A stretch of DNA of 64,000 nucleotides, from contig OZ037769.1 of NCBI GenBank assembly GCA_964035545.1, positions 12,368,633 to 12,432,632 of the forward strand, read 5' to 3'. This DNA is from Bugula neritina. Lineage: Eukaryota; Animalia; Bryozoa. Both the position numbers and the translations under genes were made by a program. Of the stretch, positions 10,187 to 24,500 are shown in pieces. Positions within the stretch are counted from its first letter, which is position 1; each line of letters begins with the position of its first letter. Below the pieces are notes generated by a model. It saw only the letters and a list, made by a program, of their open reading frames with translations, searched no databases and was not told where the DNA came from.

Positions 10187-13100
10187 ATGTTTTACGCTCA
10201 CTTTGTGTTGAGTAAGAGAGGGCCATTGGCTAAAATATGGCTGGCTGCCCATTGGGAGAAAAAGTTGACGAAAGCTCAAGTCTATGAGACGGATATCGAT
10301 AGCACAGTTGATGCCATTCTAGAGCCTAAGGTAGCTGTTCACATAGGATTACCTTTAGAGTTAACACTAATGGTTGCCTATGATGGTAATGTAAAAGGTT
10401 TGATGGCGTCGTAAAACTGGTGCTCTGTTAATATAATAATTCCTATTGCTTATCATTGTGCCTACAGAAATGTTTAAATCTGTCTAGGCTTTTCCGTGAG
10501 CATAGATAACTTGCTTGCTGCATGATTTTCAACATTTGGTGCTCTAAGTTTTGTACCATGTGTGCTTGCACAAGGTACACTATGCAGGGCTCTAGTTTTA
10601 CCTTACGCCAATGATTACAAACTTCAACTGAGGCAACTTTAAATTAGTTGTTAAACTTGCATATATATGTTAATTTAGATTTTTGTCAATTTGATTATAT
10701 GTCAAGTGTGCATAACCAGCTAATTGCTAATTAAATTATCTGTATTTTGCTACGGTTTTTAAAGTTGAGTTACATTTATGATCTAGTCTAAAGAGACATG
10801 TTGTGACTAATTGCAGGTAAAGCTTGCATTGAGAACCTCGGGGCACCTGCTCCTTGGTGTCGTGAGAATATACTCACGCAAGACCAAGTACCTGCTAGCT
10901 GACTGCAATGAGGCGTTTGTTAAGATTAAAATGGCCTTCCGACCTGGCGTTGTCGATCTGCCAGACGATCACCGGGAGGCAGCACCCAGCACCATCACTC
11001 TACAGGAGAACTTTGATGACTTCAACGCCAACTTCAATGATTTTGAAATGGAGTAAGCGGCCTTGTTGTTTCAGCTATCACTACCTTCAGCAGCTATTTG
11101 CTGGTTTTATTATTGCTCTCTCACTATTCTATCAACCAGTATTACTGCCAGAAAACTGTGTATTAAATATGCCAATGGTGATCTGTATTTCTAATAGAGT
11201 TGTCTCCCCAGTCTAATGTCTCTGAATGTGTTTAGATGAGCAAGTACAGTCATCCCTCCATATCTCACGGTTTTATTTCTCACGAAATTTCATAAGTCAT
11301 GAGAAGTACTTGCCCCCCGTTTTGTGGCTTAAGTATTTGTGTATAGAGACAAAATGGCCGAATTAAACAGGTCTATGAGTTAAATCTGGTATTCTACTGT
11401 GTCACCAATTGAGATTTCGGGACCGAAACTTAGTGAGATACGGAGGGAGCAATGTAATTAGCTACACCAAGCATTGTAGAATATCACTCATGGTAGGTTG
11501 AATGTTTTACAGCACAATGGATATTGCCCCTACGTTTGCTGTTAACCAGAGTCGTCCTGAAGAGATTACAATCAAAGAAGATGTCGTTCAGATCAACTTC
11601 ATCACTGAGCAAGGCTTTGGTAAGCAAACGTTGATTTTTTAGTTTAATGAACTCTAATATTCTGCTTAGTACTCACTCTCTCCTGGTAATACTAATTAAA
11701 GCACTTGCCATCAAATATATAGTAGATGATTACCATTTTATCACTCAGTCAATGCCCTCTGGAAGAAATAGAACCATCAAATATAGAGGAGCATGGGGCA
11801 GAGACAGCTTTTTACGGCACCTTGTAAATACTTCAAATGATCTTTTATTTTAAGTAATCCAACAGAGATCTGACTTTTTCCCAATTTTGTTCATGCCTAC
11901 TTATCATAGCCAGTGTTTACACTGAATTTTGTCACGTGTTTCATGTCTATAATAATATATAATAAATTAATCAATCAATACAGGTGATTTGGATATTGAT
12001 GAAAGTGGAATAGAAAGAGAGGATTCCAGGATAGAAAACTCTTATTTCCCCAATTCTATACCTATTGGCGATGCTAACTCTTTGCAACTCATAGACGAAA
12101 GTAATAAAGGAGACTTCACTACCGAAGATGCCTTCCCACAAAATGACGGATTTGGGGAAGAAGAAGGAGCTGGTCTGGGTACGTTATCCACTCATTCACG
12201 GAGTTTCCTAAGATATGTGACTGGATGTTCTTTTTAGTTTGAAGTCACAAGACCTAGCTGATACCTCAGCTTTTATATTTCCTTTTCTTTTTATCTCAAG
12301 CTTGCCTAAAGTTCTAATTTTTTTCTTTAAACAAACACGATACATAAACACTATGAAATGTTTAATTAGGTTTTTGCGTCTTTTTTCCTGAACTTTGTAA
12401 GTATGTCAAAAGTTTTCCACCACATGTTTGTATCGTTAGGAGCCCTTAGTCTTATTCTAATCATTCTGCACTGTAATATATATTTTTAAACTAATACATA
12501 TTACATTTCCTATAATGGCAGACACTGCATTGACCAGCATTTCAATGCATTTCCTGCGAAGTGTTGGTTGTAGTAATCAGTAGCCAGGGCCCAATGTAGT
12601 AACTCTGTTCTTATGTAGATGAAGATCCTTTCGGCCCGGGACTCTTTGAGGAAATGCCGATTGATCCACCAGATGTTTCTAACATTGAAGCTCAGCCAAT
12701 GGAGAGCGACTCGGTAGCGGAGATGCCCCCTCCAGGTATGTGATGCTGTGAAATGCAAACTCATATTCACCTCTGATTCGAGTGTCTTTCAAATTGAAAT
12801 TAGCGAAGTAATTATGGATATATTCTGCCTTCAGATTTTACTTTTTAAGGAGTTGTCCTTTCACATCAAACTAACGTGCTTATGAAAGCTCTATTTGACT
12901 GTATATATTATACAAAATCTTATACTGTATATTGTACAATAGTTTATACTATATATATTATGCAAAGGTTGTATTTATTCAGCACTGGATAGTATTGATG
13001 AGGCCAGTACAATAGCCCCCTCAACCTCTGTCCAGCCCACCATGTCAGAAACTACGCTAATTACCAACGAGGAAGAGGCGTTCGCCCTGGAGCCCCTCGA

Positions 13101-15670
13101 CACCAGCAGCGTGATCACAGGTAACTACCTACATTATCCTAAAGCTGCCAGGTCTTTTTGATTGGCTGTGAGCGTTTTTAGATCATGAACTCAAATAGTG
13201 GCTGTAGAATTCTAAACCTCAAAACAGACTCTCTTTGCCAAATTAAATGTGATGCTTCTAATTTATACTTGTGCGATATTGAAGCCCGGTCATGTTTACT
13301 CTATTTTTTTTTCTTTGTCGGGAATATCCGATGCCGTTAGTCTTACCCGATAATAATAAATTTTTCAGCATTTAGAGTTGCATTCTCTTTTATTATAAAT
13401 ATATGCATTGGTTTAGGTGTGAGTGGTGTGACGGTGGAGAGACGGCCCAAGAGACGGAGGAAGCTGATGGTAGACGATCAGAAAGGTATTGACTCTCAGT
13501 CGATGAAGGAACAACTCATACAAACCAACGACATTGTGACGACTTTAGATTTAGCCCCGCCTACTCTAAAACTAATGTCATGGAAAGAAAGTGGATCGGT
13601 TGATAAACTTTTTGCTCTTCCTGGGCGTGTCTTGCCCAACAAATCTCTTCAAAAGGTTAGTATATAGTAATATAATACACGTGTTGACTAGTAATATAAT
13701 ACATGTGTTGACTAGTAATATAATACACATACATAATACACGTGTTGACTAGTAATATAATACACATGTTGACTAGTAATATAATACACGTGTTGACTAG
13801 TAATATAATACATGTGTTGACTAGTAATATAATACACGTGTTGACTAGTAATATAATACACGTGTTGACTAGTAATATAATACACGTGTTGACTAGTAAT
13901 ATAATACACGTGTTGACTAGTAATATAATACACGTGTTGACTAGTAATATAATACACGTGTTGACTAGTAATATAATACACGTGTTGACTAGTAATATAA
14001 TACACGTGTTGACTAGTAATATAATACATGTGTTGACTAGTAATATAATACATGTGTTGACTAGTAATATAATATACGTGTTGACTAGTAATATAATACA
14101 CCTGTTGACTAGTAATATAATACACGTATTGACTAGTAATATAATGCACGTGTTGACTAGTAATATAACACACGTGTTGACTAGTAATATAATACACATA
14201 CTGTATATGCAGATGTTTACTCGTAACTTGGCTGTTGTTGCGGCTCACACTGAAGAGGAAGACAGGAGGTCAAAGAGGGGGAGGAGCCCTGAGGCTGCAG
14301 AACAAGAGAGAGAGCCCAGCGGGGACACGTTCGGTGAGTTGAGAGAAGTCTTTCTTGTATGTTCCCGGCCTCGTGTGGTGTCCATGGGATCTGTATTAGA
14401 GTTGTGTAGCTTGGTTACTTTGCAACATGTGGAATTATCTGCCCCCATTTCATATGATTATATAATTAAGCAGTTTATAATGTTCTATTGCATGTTTTGT
14501 AGTCTTTATTTGTATTCTATGAATGAATGCTCTATGTTTTTCTTTGAAGTCATGAATTTGAAATGTGTTAATTTTCTACTCTTTCACTTTATTATATTTA
14601 TTCATTTGTATTTATAACTGTTATCTTTACTGTTTAAGTCAGTTTTCTTATTTATTTATTTATATAAGTTTTTGTTTCTGTCAATCTTGGTTGTGTAAAC
14701 TGCAAAGACTATGACTATGACCAACTATATTGATCCAAGTTTGAATGTAATTAGTGTGGGTGATGCACTCAATAGGTTTATATAATTTCTCTGTGTATTT
14801 AAATAGTCCTCCTTTTTTATTACGGGTTGTGACATTCCATCATGCTCTGTGTAGCCATGCCGCCAGTGCCAGAAGTAAGTGACATACCAGATGTTGAGAA
14901 CACAACTCTAGTGGCGGAGGAACCCCCTCCACCCGCAGACGACTCCCTCCCTCAGCCGGAACCTGCGGTGGAAGACGAGACTCCCAGAAAGAGACAGAAG
15001 TTGGACAGAAGTGTGAGAGGCCAACCGGAGGAGGTGGACAGTGCTGACGAGGCAGAGGCTCCAACTCTGGAGGAACAGGTTAGCCACACCTCTAATATAC
15101 TATGTATAACATATGTGACAGTTAGCCACGCCTCTAATATACTATGTATAACATATGTGGGAGTTAGCTTGGCATCTATATCCTAGGTTCTCTGTCTTCA
15201 GCAGGTTTGTGTATCGCCTACTGTCCTACGCCCTCCCATCACAGATCATCAGCTCTATCATAGGCTAAACCCGTAACTATCTTGACTACTGCCACCTTCT
15301 TAGATTACCTCATCATACTTGACTGTTCTTACTGCCTCCAGGCTGCCTCTGTGTATATTGTAAGCTCGAGAGCTCTCTGTTGTAGGAGAGTAACATTGTA
15401 GCCGAGGAGAGCACGGGAGATGAGGTTGAAGACAAGCGACTCAATCGTAGAACTCACACGATGCTCACTGTACTCGGCCGCCAGTTTGATAAGGGCCAGA
15501 CGGTCAGTCTACAGGAAATGCTACACAAGAACCACAACCGTAAACAAGCGGCTGCTAAGTTTTATACCTGCCTGGTTCTGCAGAAACACCACATGGTGAG
15601 CTTGGAGCAGTCTGAGCCGTTTGAAGACATCATTATCAGCAGAGGCAGCAGCTTCGCTCGCTCAGGATGA
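10187..15670 (+). CDS. RAD21: Cohesin kleisin subunit RAD21, 10 coding exons, ~601 aa
   Basis: Exons 10187-10330, 10817-11052, 11513-11619, 11984-12178, 12619-12735, 12983-13120, 13417-13655, 14213-14333, 14855-15078, 15386-15670. Motifs: [75 protein letters not shown] and the winged-helix [10 protein letters not shown]. Confidence 0.97.
11247..11454 (+). mobile_element. MITE family B, copy 2
   Basis: TA-CAGTCATCCCTCCATATCTCAC ... GTGAGATACGGAGGGAGCAATG-TA, with the same internal sequence as copy 1. Confidence 0.85.
13666..14198. repeat. 24-bp minisatellite (~22 copies) filling the RAD21 intron between coding exons 7 and 8
   Basis: Unit CTAGTAATATAATACACGTGTTGA. It occupies nearly all of intron 13656-14212. 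Confidence 0.95.
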
Positions 15671-16789
15671 ACTTGTCTCGCATATATTGTATATTTTATT
15701 TTAACTCTGCACACCGGGACTGTTCAATTTGGTATTTAGTTCTTTCTCACTCCCTGTTCTCTACTCAGTAAGCCACTGAGATTTGGTCTACTTCTTGCAC
15801 AGTAACTTATACATTCTCCTCGTAATCATTTATATCCTACTCTTGTCACTTTTATCGGAAAGGTTTTTCTTTTGTAAAGCATGAACAAGTTTCTTACTCG
15901 TATTTTCTTCGCTGTACAGTCATTTTATAAGTTTAAGTTTTAGATAAACTTTATATTAGCATAGCAATGTAAATAACCTTTCATAACATATTCGTACATC
16001 ATACTTTTCCTTTTGTAATTTATGTAGTTTACTGTAGCAATTCTGCAGCTTTTTTAAAATCTAACTCATGGTACAAAATAATATTTCTTGTCATTCTCAT
16101 ATTCTAGTTCTCCTTGCAGTAAGTTTTATGATTCAAAGCCTAGTTTTTTCACATGAAAAAAAACTAAATAATTATCAGCCAACTTACATTAGCAATGTCT
16201 TTTTTGCATGTTAAATTACATGTGATTGCTGCAGTCGTGTAATATAATGTAAATGAAATAAATTTTACAGCGACTTGTGTTTCTTAAATGTTGGTTGGAA
16301 AAGCTTCCTCCAAGTAATAAGGGAAAGGTTTTATTACGGGGAGATAACTCTATTACTTGTACAGTTAGCAACACTGGACTCAAATTTCCAGTTCAATGGT
16401 TCGCAATATCGCACATTCTGTTGCTCTATCACCAATAGTAATTAATATTACAAAGTGTATAATTTGGCAATTTTGTAAACAATAGTCTGTGTTTCGGTGA
16501 CAATAATTTGGGGAGAGGTCGAGACGAGTCCCGAGCCGAATAGTTGTGCAGCAAGTCGGGGGAATGACCTCAACTACGAGTATAATCATAGTCACTAATA
16601 TTACTCAATAGTTCTGAGTATCCATAACACATGATTATTGATGAAAGCGAATTGCGTGCAGAATAACCATAAAGGTGCAGCCTGCACGCAGCAAATGCAA
16701 ATTGCAATCATCCTGGTTTCTCGAAAGTAGTACTAGTAGCACAAAGACGTGATGCTATCATGTTTTTGTTGTAGCTCACCAGTCAGCAT

Positions 16790-17890
16790 GAGTATGATCA
16801 TGATGATTATCATTATGATCAGACTTTAAAATTAATGTTAAATTTAATATTATATTTCTTGGATAAGAAATATAATCACTACAATACTATTATAATATTA
16901 ATACTGATATATGATGATGATGATTACATGTAATTGTAAAGTCTGTCATCATGTAATAATCATAATGTCTAATGATAATGCCTAATACTAATAGTAATGG
17001 TTAACTTATACTTGTAGTTATAGCAATAATTATAAATATAATTTACTCATAAGTCATAATACTACTAGTAATAGTAATACTAATAGTATTACTATTACTA
17101 TTAGTATTAATAGTAAATGTAATACTAAGAGTAAGAGTAAGTCTAACATTATTACTATTAGTAACACTAATACTAATAGTAATACTAATAGTAATAGTAA
17201 TTTATTAACTAATACTAATACTAATAGTAATAGTAATGCGTCTGTAATGGTGATACTCATTCTGATACTATTACTAATACTAATAGTAATGTTAATGTAT
17301 TATTACTAATACAGTAATAGTAATAATAATACTTGTAGTTGTACTAATAGTAATACTAATAGTAATAGTAATTTATTAACTAATACTAATAGTAATAGTA
17401 ATAGTAATGCGTCTGTAATGGTGATACTCATTCTGATACTATTACTAATAGTAATGTTAATATATTATTACTAATACAGTAATAGTAATAATAATAGTAA
17501 TAATAATACTTGTAGTTGTACTAATAGTAATACTCGTAGTCGTAGTCATAGTGATACTGATAGTGGCTATTAGTATTAATATTATCATTATGGTAACTAC
17601 TGTAAGTGTAATACCAAGTTCAATGACAATAGTATTGCTGCAATAGTAATAAATATAATACTATTAGTTCTAGTTGTACTTGTACTTGTAGTGCCAGTAC
17701 TACTAGTACTACTACTAGTGTCTAGTAGTAGTAGTAATACTTATAACTAATTAGTAATAAACCACTTTGACTTTCATAGTAACATAATTTTATACTCAAT
17801 ATTTATACTAAAATAATATTATTAATAGTAATAGGCCTACTAATACTAATAGTAATACAGTAGCAGTAATAGTAATGGTAATACCATTAC
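16790..17890. repeat. Low-complexity 3/6-periodic tract (AGTAAT/ACTAAT-rich) with an internal ~170-bp duplication
   Basis: Runs of TAGTAATAC-type hexamers. The segment containing GCGTCTGTAATGGTGATACTCATTCTGATAC occurs twice (~17238 and ~17409). Confidence 0.85.
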
Positions 17891-20800
17891 TCTATCAGAC
17901 TTCATATTGCTAGGTCTAAGTAACTGTAAGACTAAGTTTAATGGTATGCTGTTGTCACTTGATCATTAGCCCTAGAATTATCTGTATCATTATGAATAGA
18001 TTAGATAGAAAGAAGTGATTAGTTTACCTAGGACCCGAACTGCCCTAATTCAACTTCATGCAAAGTGTAGTGGTGATGTCTCCTAGTCTATACTATTTAG
18101 TATTTTTAGAATTGGTTTTTTGTTGAACTTAATAAAACAAACTCTTAGCGATAAGCTGTCATCATGATATTTTGGATAATCATCATGATATTGGTATTAA
18201 ATTTGATGTGCTTCCAAAATTGCAACTGCATGATAATTATAATAATTTTATTGTGAAAAAATGGGTGGTGATAAATGGTTATCATGTTAATCACTATTGA
18301 TGACAACGGACTCAAAGCATGATGGTACAGCCTAATACCTAATGGTAATGGTGTAGGTGAGACTTAAGGGCCTTGGTCTAAGCTCTAAAGTAATTGTTCT
18401 TGCAAGAATGTAGATTTTTGACCAGCTTAGATTTAATATTTGCAGTTGTGCATATGGGTTTGGAACATGATTACTTTATTTCATAGTCAGGCAACTTTGT
18501 ATAAAACTCTGCACCATTTAAAAACCTACAAGTACGATCTCTGTGCAGTAACGTGTTCACTCTCCATCTCTCGGCACCAGAGATTGTGCTAGATTTAGGA
18601 CGTTTTTTGTCACATGAATATACCATCCTAAAACAAAATCTACATCTCTGCTACCAACAACTAGGCTTTAGCTCAATTTCAAATGCTGGCACTCTGCCAA
18701 AAAATCTTGAAACTATTAATTATGTTTTAATTTTTGCGGGCCTTCTACTTAATTATTGAGAGTAAATTGTTATAATTAAAGTTTGCTTCTAATTCACTCT
18801 TTGATGGCAGTTTTTTCTTTTGATCTCACTAGTTTTACTTGGTAAATTTTAAGCTTTAGCATTTTGCCAGTTTTTATCAGACCAAGTTGAAACAATTATA
18901 TTTTTTTCATTGTCAGTTTTCATTGCATGCTGTTTGTATGAAGCTGTGAAAAGTAGTATATCTCCTTAGGCTAGTTTTATGAACAGGTTTTACTATCGTA
19001 TAATAGACAGTTGAAAAAACCATTAAAATGAACAAAGTTGTTTTAAGTGCCGAGGTAAACAATATACAAAATGCTTTTCTAAGTTATCTTAAGTTGTATG
19101 ATTCGGTGCTTTTCAGACAAATTAACAGCGAACCATGCTGAAATAATTCTTGACTTGAAATAATTATGAACACTGTTAAGTTGCTACAGAAAATTCTTAA
19201 AATTAGTAAAGCAGCATTATAAGTTTTGTCATGCAGATAAAAACAATTTCATTGCTTTATTTTCACGGAAAAATTTCCTTCAGTGAGAGGACTGAATAAA
19301 GTGTTAAATTTTGAATTTAAAATAGTCATTGAAACATTTGCTGAATGAAGCCCTTCAAAGGTGCAAATCTAATTTTAGTCATGTGATCTGAGTTAGATCT
19401 GATTAATACAATTTATTTTTTTAGAGAGATCAAGCTTTTCGAAACTTGTTATGAAAAATAAACTTGTTTACAATCATTTACTAGTTGCTGAGTGATGATA
19501 CAGTGTTTGATTGAAATATCATTGATCCTCCTGCAGTAACACTGGTCAAAGTCAATTTCACATGTGTTGTGACAAAGAGAGTTTAGTGCTGTGATGTACA
19601 ACTTGTAATATTCAATCCAGTAAAACCTACTTAGCTCTCTTAGGTAGAAGCACTTTTGAATTCCAAAGAAGGTTGATATACTTTAATTGACCAAACGTAA
19701 TTTTTTGATTTTTGCTATTCATGGTATGAGTAGGTTTTGAGTTTGTGCTATTCACCAAGATTCCTCTACGCTCTATGGTTGCTTCAATGCAGCACCCTGG
19801 TGCGTTGAAAGTAAATTATAATCATTTGGTAAATGCTGCGGTGTTGATGTCAAGTTTCTATAGCTATCTAAATATTTCAATTTTCAATCATTAGACATAT
19901 TCAATGTTACAATTCGCGAATATTTGTGAAGCTTAATAATTATATGTTGAAAAGCAGTGGAATGGGTGTGAAGTTGGTTGCTAAATCATAATTAGCTGAC
20001 AAATGTGAGTATTATCAGTGGCTGAAGATGGGGGTGCTGTTGGTGATAAATAGTAGTGTTTGGATTTCGGTTGGTTTAGAATTTATTGAGTTTGTTTTGG
20101 TTTTATTCAATCTACTTGTAGCAAGTCTATTGGTGATATATTTCTCTGAATATTTCTTATTTTGAGCTGATACCACATTTATTCGAACTTTTGTTACTAA
20201 AGCATAGTATGTTTTTCTATAGTGCCAATTTTAACTCAAATGTAAAAAAATTAAGGTCAGTTTAACAATTTAGTATAAACTGGAAAAAGGAAGACAAAAC
20301 TGTTTTACTACAATTACTAGAAATTAGCTTCGATTAAGTTTAAGAAGTTTTACTCTCACTTTTCATAATTTACCGCTAAATGCTCACAGTATGTGTTATA
20401 GCAAGTTCTAGTCAATTATAAACTATAGAGAGGGTTATGGCACACCAGCTCTTCATAAACTATGCTCAACTATATTTATGTGGGCAGTTTGTGCTTTTCA
20501 CAGCTATTTTGAGCCAGTATGGCTGCTGGCGTACCCTGTACACTGTGGTGAATTTCATACTGTTCATACTCAGTTGATATTGCGTATATTTCTTTGTTAA
20601 CTGCTATTTTTTTTCTATTGGTCGATTATATCAAATAACTAAAACAATTGCATAAAAGATAAATTCGTGGAATAGTTGTTGTGATAAACATAAACAACGC
20701 GTCATGCTACCCATGTTTTGTCATTTACTGTCAACTTCTCTCACATTCACCACCATGTTATTAGTTGGATGACTTTTTATACTATTAGACAAAACTTTTA

Positions 20801-21575
20801 GGTGTCTCTTGTAGACAACGTAAATTTGCTAATAATTTTGGTCAGTATCTTCCAAACCTTTGCAGTAGGGATTTTGACTGGTTCAAAGTTTGACACACCC
20901 ATATCACCTTTCAAGTCTTCGGGTCACCTGTCACAACCTGTCAAGTTATGCAGTTCATGTCATCACTTATATACTCGTATTATATGTGGAAGGCACTGAT
21001 TCTATATGCATATACATATAAAATGCAGCTTTAGTCAAAATGCAGCATTTATCAAGTCGTATTGTGCTAATAGCTGGTGCACCAGTGCCTTGTGTAGTAC
21101 ATTCCAATACTTTTAGAATGGGAGTTGCAATGCATAGCATCTATGTGGTTGTGGTTGAGACTGGCTTTGATTAGGTGTATTTGTATGGTTATAGTGGCTA
21201 ATAAAGTAGCAAATATAGCTCAGCACACAAGTAGTGGATATAGTTGATGGGGGGGGGGTTAAACATGCTTAGGGACAGCATTTTAAATGAGGCCTAAATT
21301 ATGCCTTTTTCTACTTGAATCTCCCCTCCTTTAGACTCTAACATTATGGTGCTTACCACTTTACTAAAGTTAATAGAGGTAAATGTTTCAAGTTTTTAGC
21401 CAAGGAAACACGAAAGTTTTTCATCACTACCTACCTACCTACCCTATTCCATACTTCAGTTTATTTCATAGGCTTTTAAAGCTTATGATTTCCTCATTTT
21501 GCTGCCCTTTTTCAGTTAGCTGAGTGACCGCTGACCTTCACCAGAGTAGCCGCTGTCATCAGATCTTTCCGAAAC

Positions 21576-24500
21576 ATGTCTCACAGCAGCTCCCGGATAT
21601 TCACCGCTCTTCTACTGTGTGTTGCAATTGAATCTGGTAAGTCGCAAAAATATTCGGCTTTGGAGAATTTGAGTGCAAGTCTAGGAATGTTTACTGTATT
21701 TTTATTCCAACACAATCAATACAGTTAACTGGCAATTGTTTACTTTCACAATAATCACTGCTACACAAGAATAGGATAGTCTGTACTGTTTATATTACAC
21801 AGTTCTCATAGCAGTTGTAGCAGAGTAGATTCGCTCAAGCCAAAACTGTATCCAATTTTCTATGCTTCTATCTCGAAGATACTAGTCTCTAATATTTTAC
21901 CTGCCTATGTAGGTACCTACAGTATTTCAATTTATTTTGAGGAAATTATATAATTATGCTGATATTTATTTATTCAAACTCTAAGATTATTCTAAATTTA
22001 TATTCGTACACCAAGTTGTGAGTCTTTTAACATTTGTTAAACTCAGTTTTTGAACAAGTGTTTTGTGACATTGTAAAAGATCAACAATTGCTCCCTTTGT
22101 ATCCTGAAGTGGCATAGGTCACGAGAAAGGCTTGGACCCCCATTTTATGGCTATGTGTGTGTGTATAGGGACAAATGGCTGAGTTTAACAGATCCTTAGT
22201 TAAATCTGGTATTTTACCATGTCATGAATTGAGGTTTCAGGACCCAGTATCTCATTATAGGAGGGAGCACTGGACCTGTATAATGCATTATTATATAACT
22301 AAGATATTAATAAGTGGGTAAACAACTAACATCATATACTTCTCTACCCACAGTGATCTCTACGAAGGTAACATGTGATGGCCCCAATGAGTACAAATAC
22401 AATAACTGTGAGTGTCTGAAGTTTGTCATGGAACCTCAGACCTTCTGGCAGACGGCAGCAGATAAATGTGATGCCGACGGCGGGCAGCTGGTCATCATAG
22501 AGTGAGTAGTGTTCAGCTGGTCAGCCAAGATATACCGTATAGTACAAGTAGTATGGTATAAGACAAGATATATGGTATAATACAAATATAATATAGTATA
22601 TAGTCACCATCCCTGTGAGAAAATCCCTGATGGAAGGGATTTTTGTTAAACCGCGTCATGGACTTATTCAGATGAGGCACAGGAGCAATTATGACTGGAT
22701 GCTCTTCCTAACATCACCAATAGCTTTTGTCAGGTTCGAACCCATGACTTTGTGCTTAGTAGGCAAAAGCTCTAACCTCTAGGCCATAAGTACTCCCTTA
22801 TAATACAAATGATATGTTATAATACAAGATATATATCGTATAACACGAGTGATATACTGAGAATAGTTGTGTATTATTCTACGTAGTTTCTAGCTTCTTG
22901 GCATCCAAACACTTGTTCCTGTCTTCACTCAGTTACAGTCAGCGAGAATTAATATTTCATCTAGTAGAAGCAGCGCCTATCATCACAGTATTTGTAGCCA
23001 GATTGCGTATTATATATTTAATCTAGTTTTATTCAGTAATGTAATAGAACAGATTAGTCATTGTATATGCTGTGTGGGGTTTAACCAATTTCTCCATTCA
23101 TTCCTAACTATTTCAAAGTAAACATTCCAGTAATACTTTAAGTAATGGTTGTCTAAGTGGACAGGTTGAATATGGCGAGGCTGTCTGCATGCATATCTCT
23201 TCCTCTATAACTGAGCTCTGTAGTCTGTACACCTGACTTACATCTTTATATGGTGATGTGTACATTTAGATATACTTATGTTGTCAGGGAAGGAATATTC
23301 TTACTATATGAATGCAGAATACCATTACAATAATATACACTGAATATTATATTGTATACAAATACCAGCAGTAGTATAATATGTAGTATATGTAGTGTGT
23401 GTACTGTGTAGTATATGTAGTGTGTGTAGTATCTGTAGTGTGTGTAGTATATGTAGTGTGTGTAGTAAATGTAGTGTGTGTAGTATCTGTAGCGTGTATA
23501 GTATATGTAGTGTGTGTAGTATATGTAGTGTGTGTAGTATCTGTAGTGTGTGTAGTATATGTAGTGTGTGTAGTATATGTAGTGTGTGTAGTATCTGTAG
23601 TGTGTGTATATTATACACTGTTACTCAGGTACAACACTCCTCCTAAACACTCCTTGCCTTGTGATGCTGAGTCCATCTGATTGTACTGTTGCCTTGTATG
23701 ACTCAACCTATTTACATGATGCTATGAGAAAGGGTATATCTTTCAACATTATCTCTTCCTCATACTATCACGCTGTTGCCAGAATCTGTTTCTTGCATGT
23801 ATTTTGTTGTAATCATTCTCCAAAGAAACTATAAACAAGTTTGATTATGAAATTTTGAGTTGTTTAGTTGTGAATAATGCGCTTGTGAATAACTCCACTG
23901 TTTCTATGAATATAACCATGTAACGTCATAATATCATGAAAATGCACCAACGTCTCATTTCTAAATTCATTAGTAATATCATGACTCATCTCATGTGGCG
24001 GCAACTCATCTGTTATAATGTACGCTAATTTTTAAAGTTAGACAAATCTTACAACTTGCAAATATAAAAGAATTGATGGTGGTAACTATTGTATTGCTTA
24101 TAAAGTAGTTGTTGGCTTGTAATGTAACATTACAGTAAGTAAAGGACTTATACTTTGTAGGTAGGAAATTCTAATACATGGAAATCTTTTTAGCGTGACT
24201 CACAGCTATTTTAGGAGGTAACAGCTGTTTAGTTGAACATAACACAAGTTACTAATTTACTATGAAATAAAAAGCGTAACTTTACACTGCATCTACATGA
24301 AGACAATGCTTGTAAGGTGTTTGATGGTCACTCATCTATACAGGACCAGCCAATTACACCCGGATATGCAATATTTTGAATGCAATAATTACAGTTTGTC
24401 TTTTGATTTGACACTGCCTCATTATCTCCATCTACTTCTTACTTTCCTACCTTATTCTTACTCACTTTACCTAATTCTCAGTCACTTCACCTTATTCTTA

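Noticed and set aside
13657-14617. Long ORFs of 178-291 aa on both strands
   Set aside because: They are translations of the 24-bp intronic minisatellite. Only 14213-14333 is a real RAD21 exon.
17054-17260. Hydrophobic Leu/Val-rich ORFs (also 38021-38399 and 52668-52898)
   Set aside because: They are by-products of periodic AT-rich low-complexity DNA.
23325-23680. Cys-rich CSICSVC ORF resembling a metallothionein
   Set aside because: It comes from an 18-bp minisatellite open in several frames inside a lectin intron, with no supporting gene structure.
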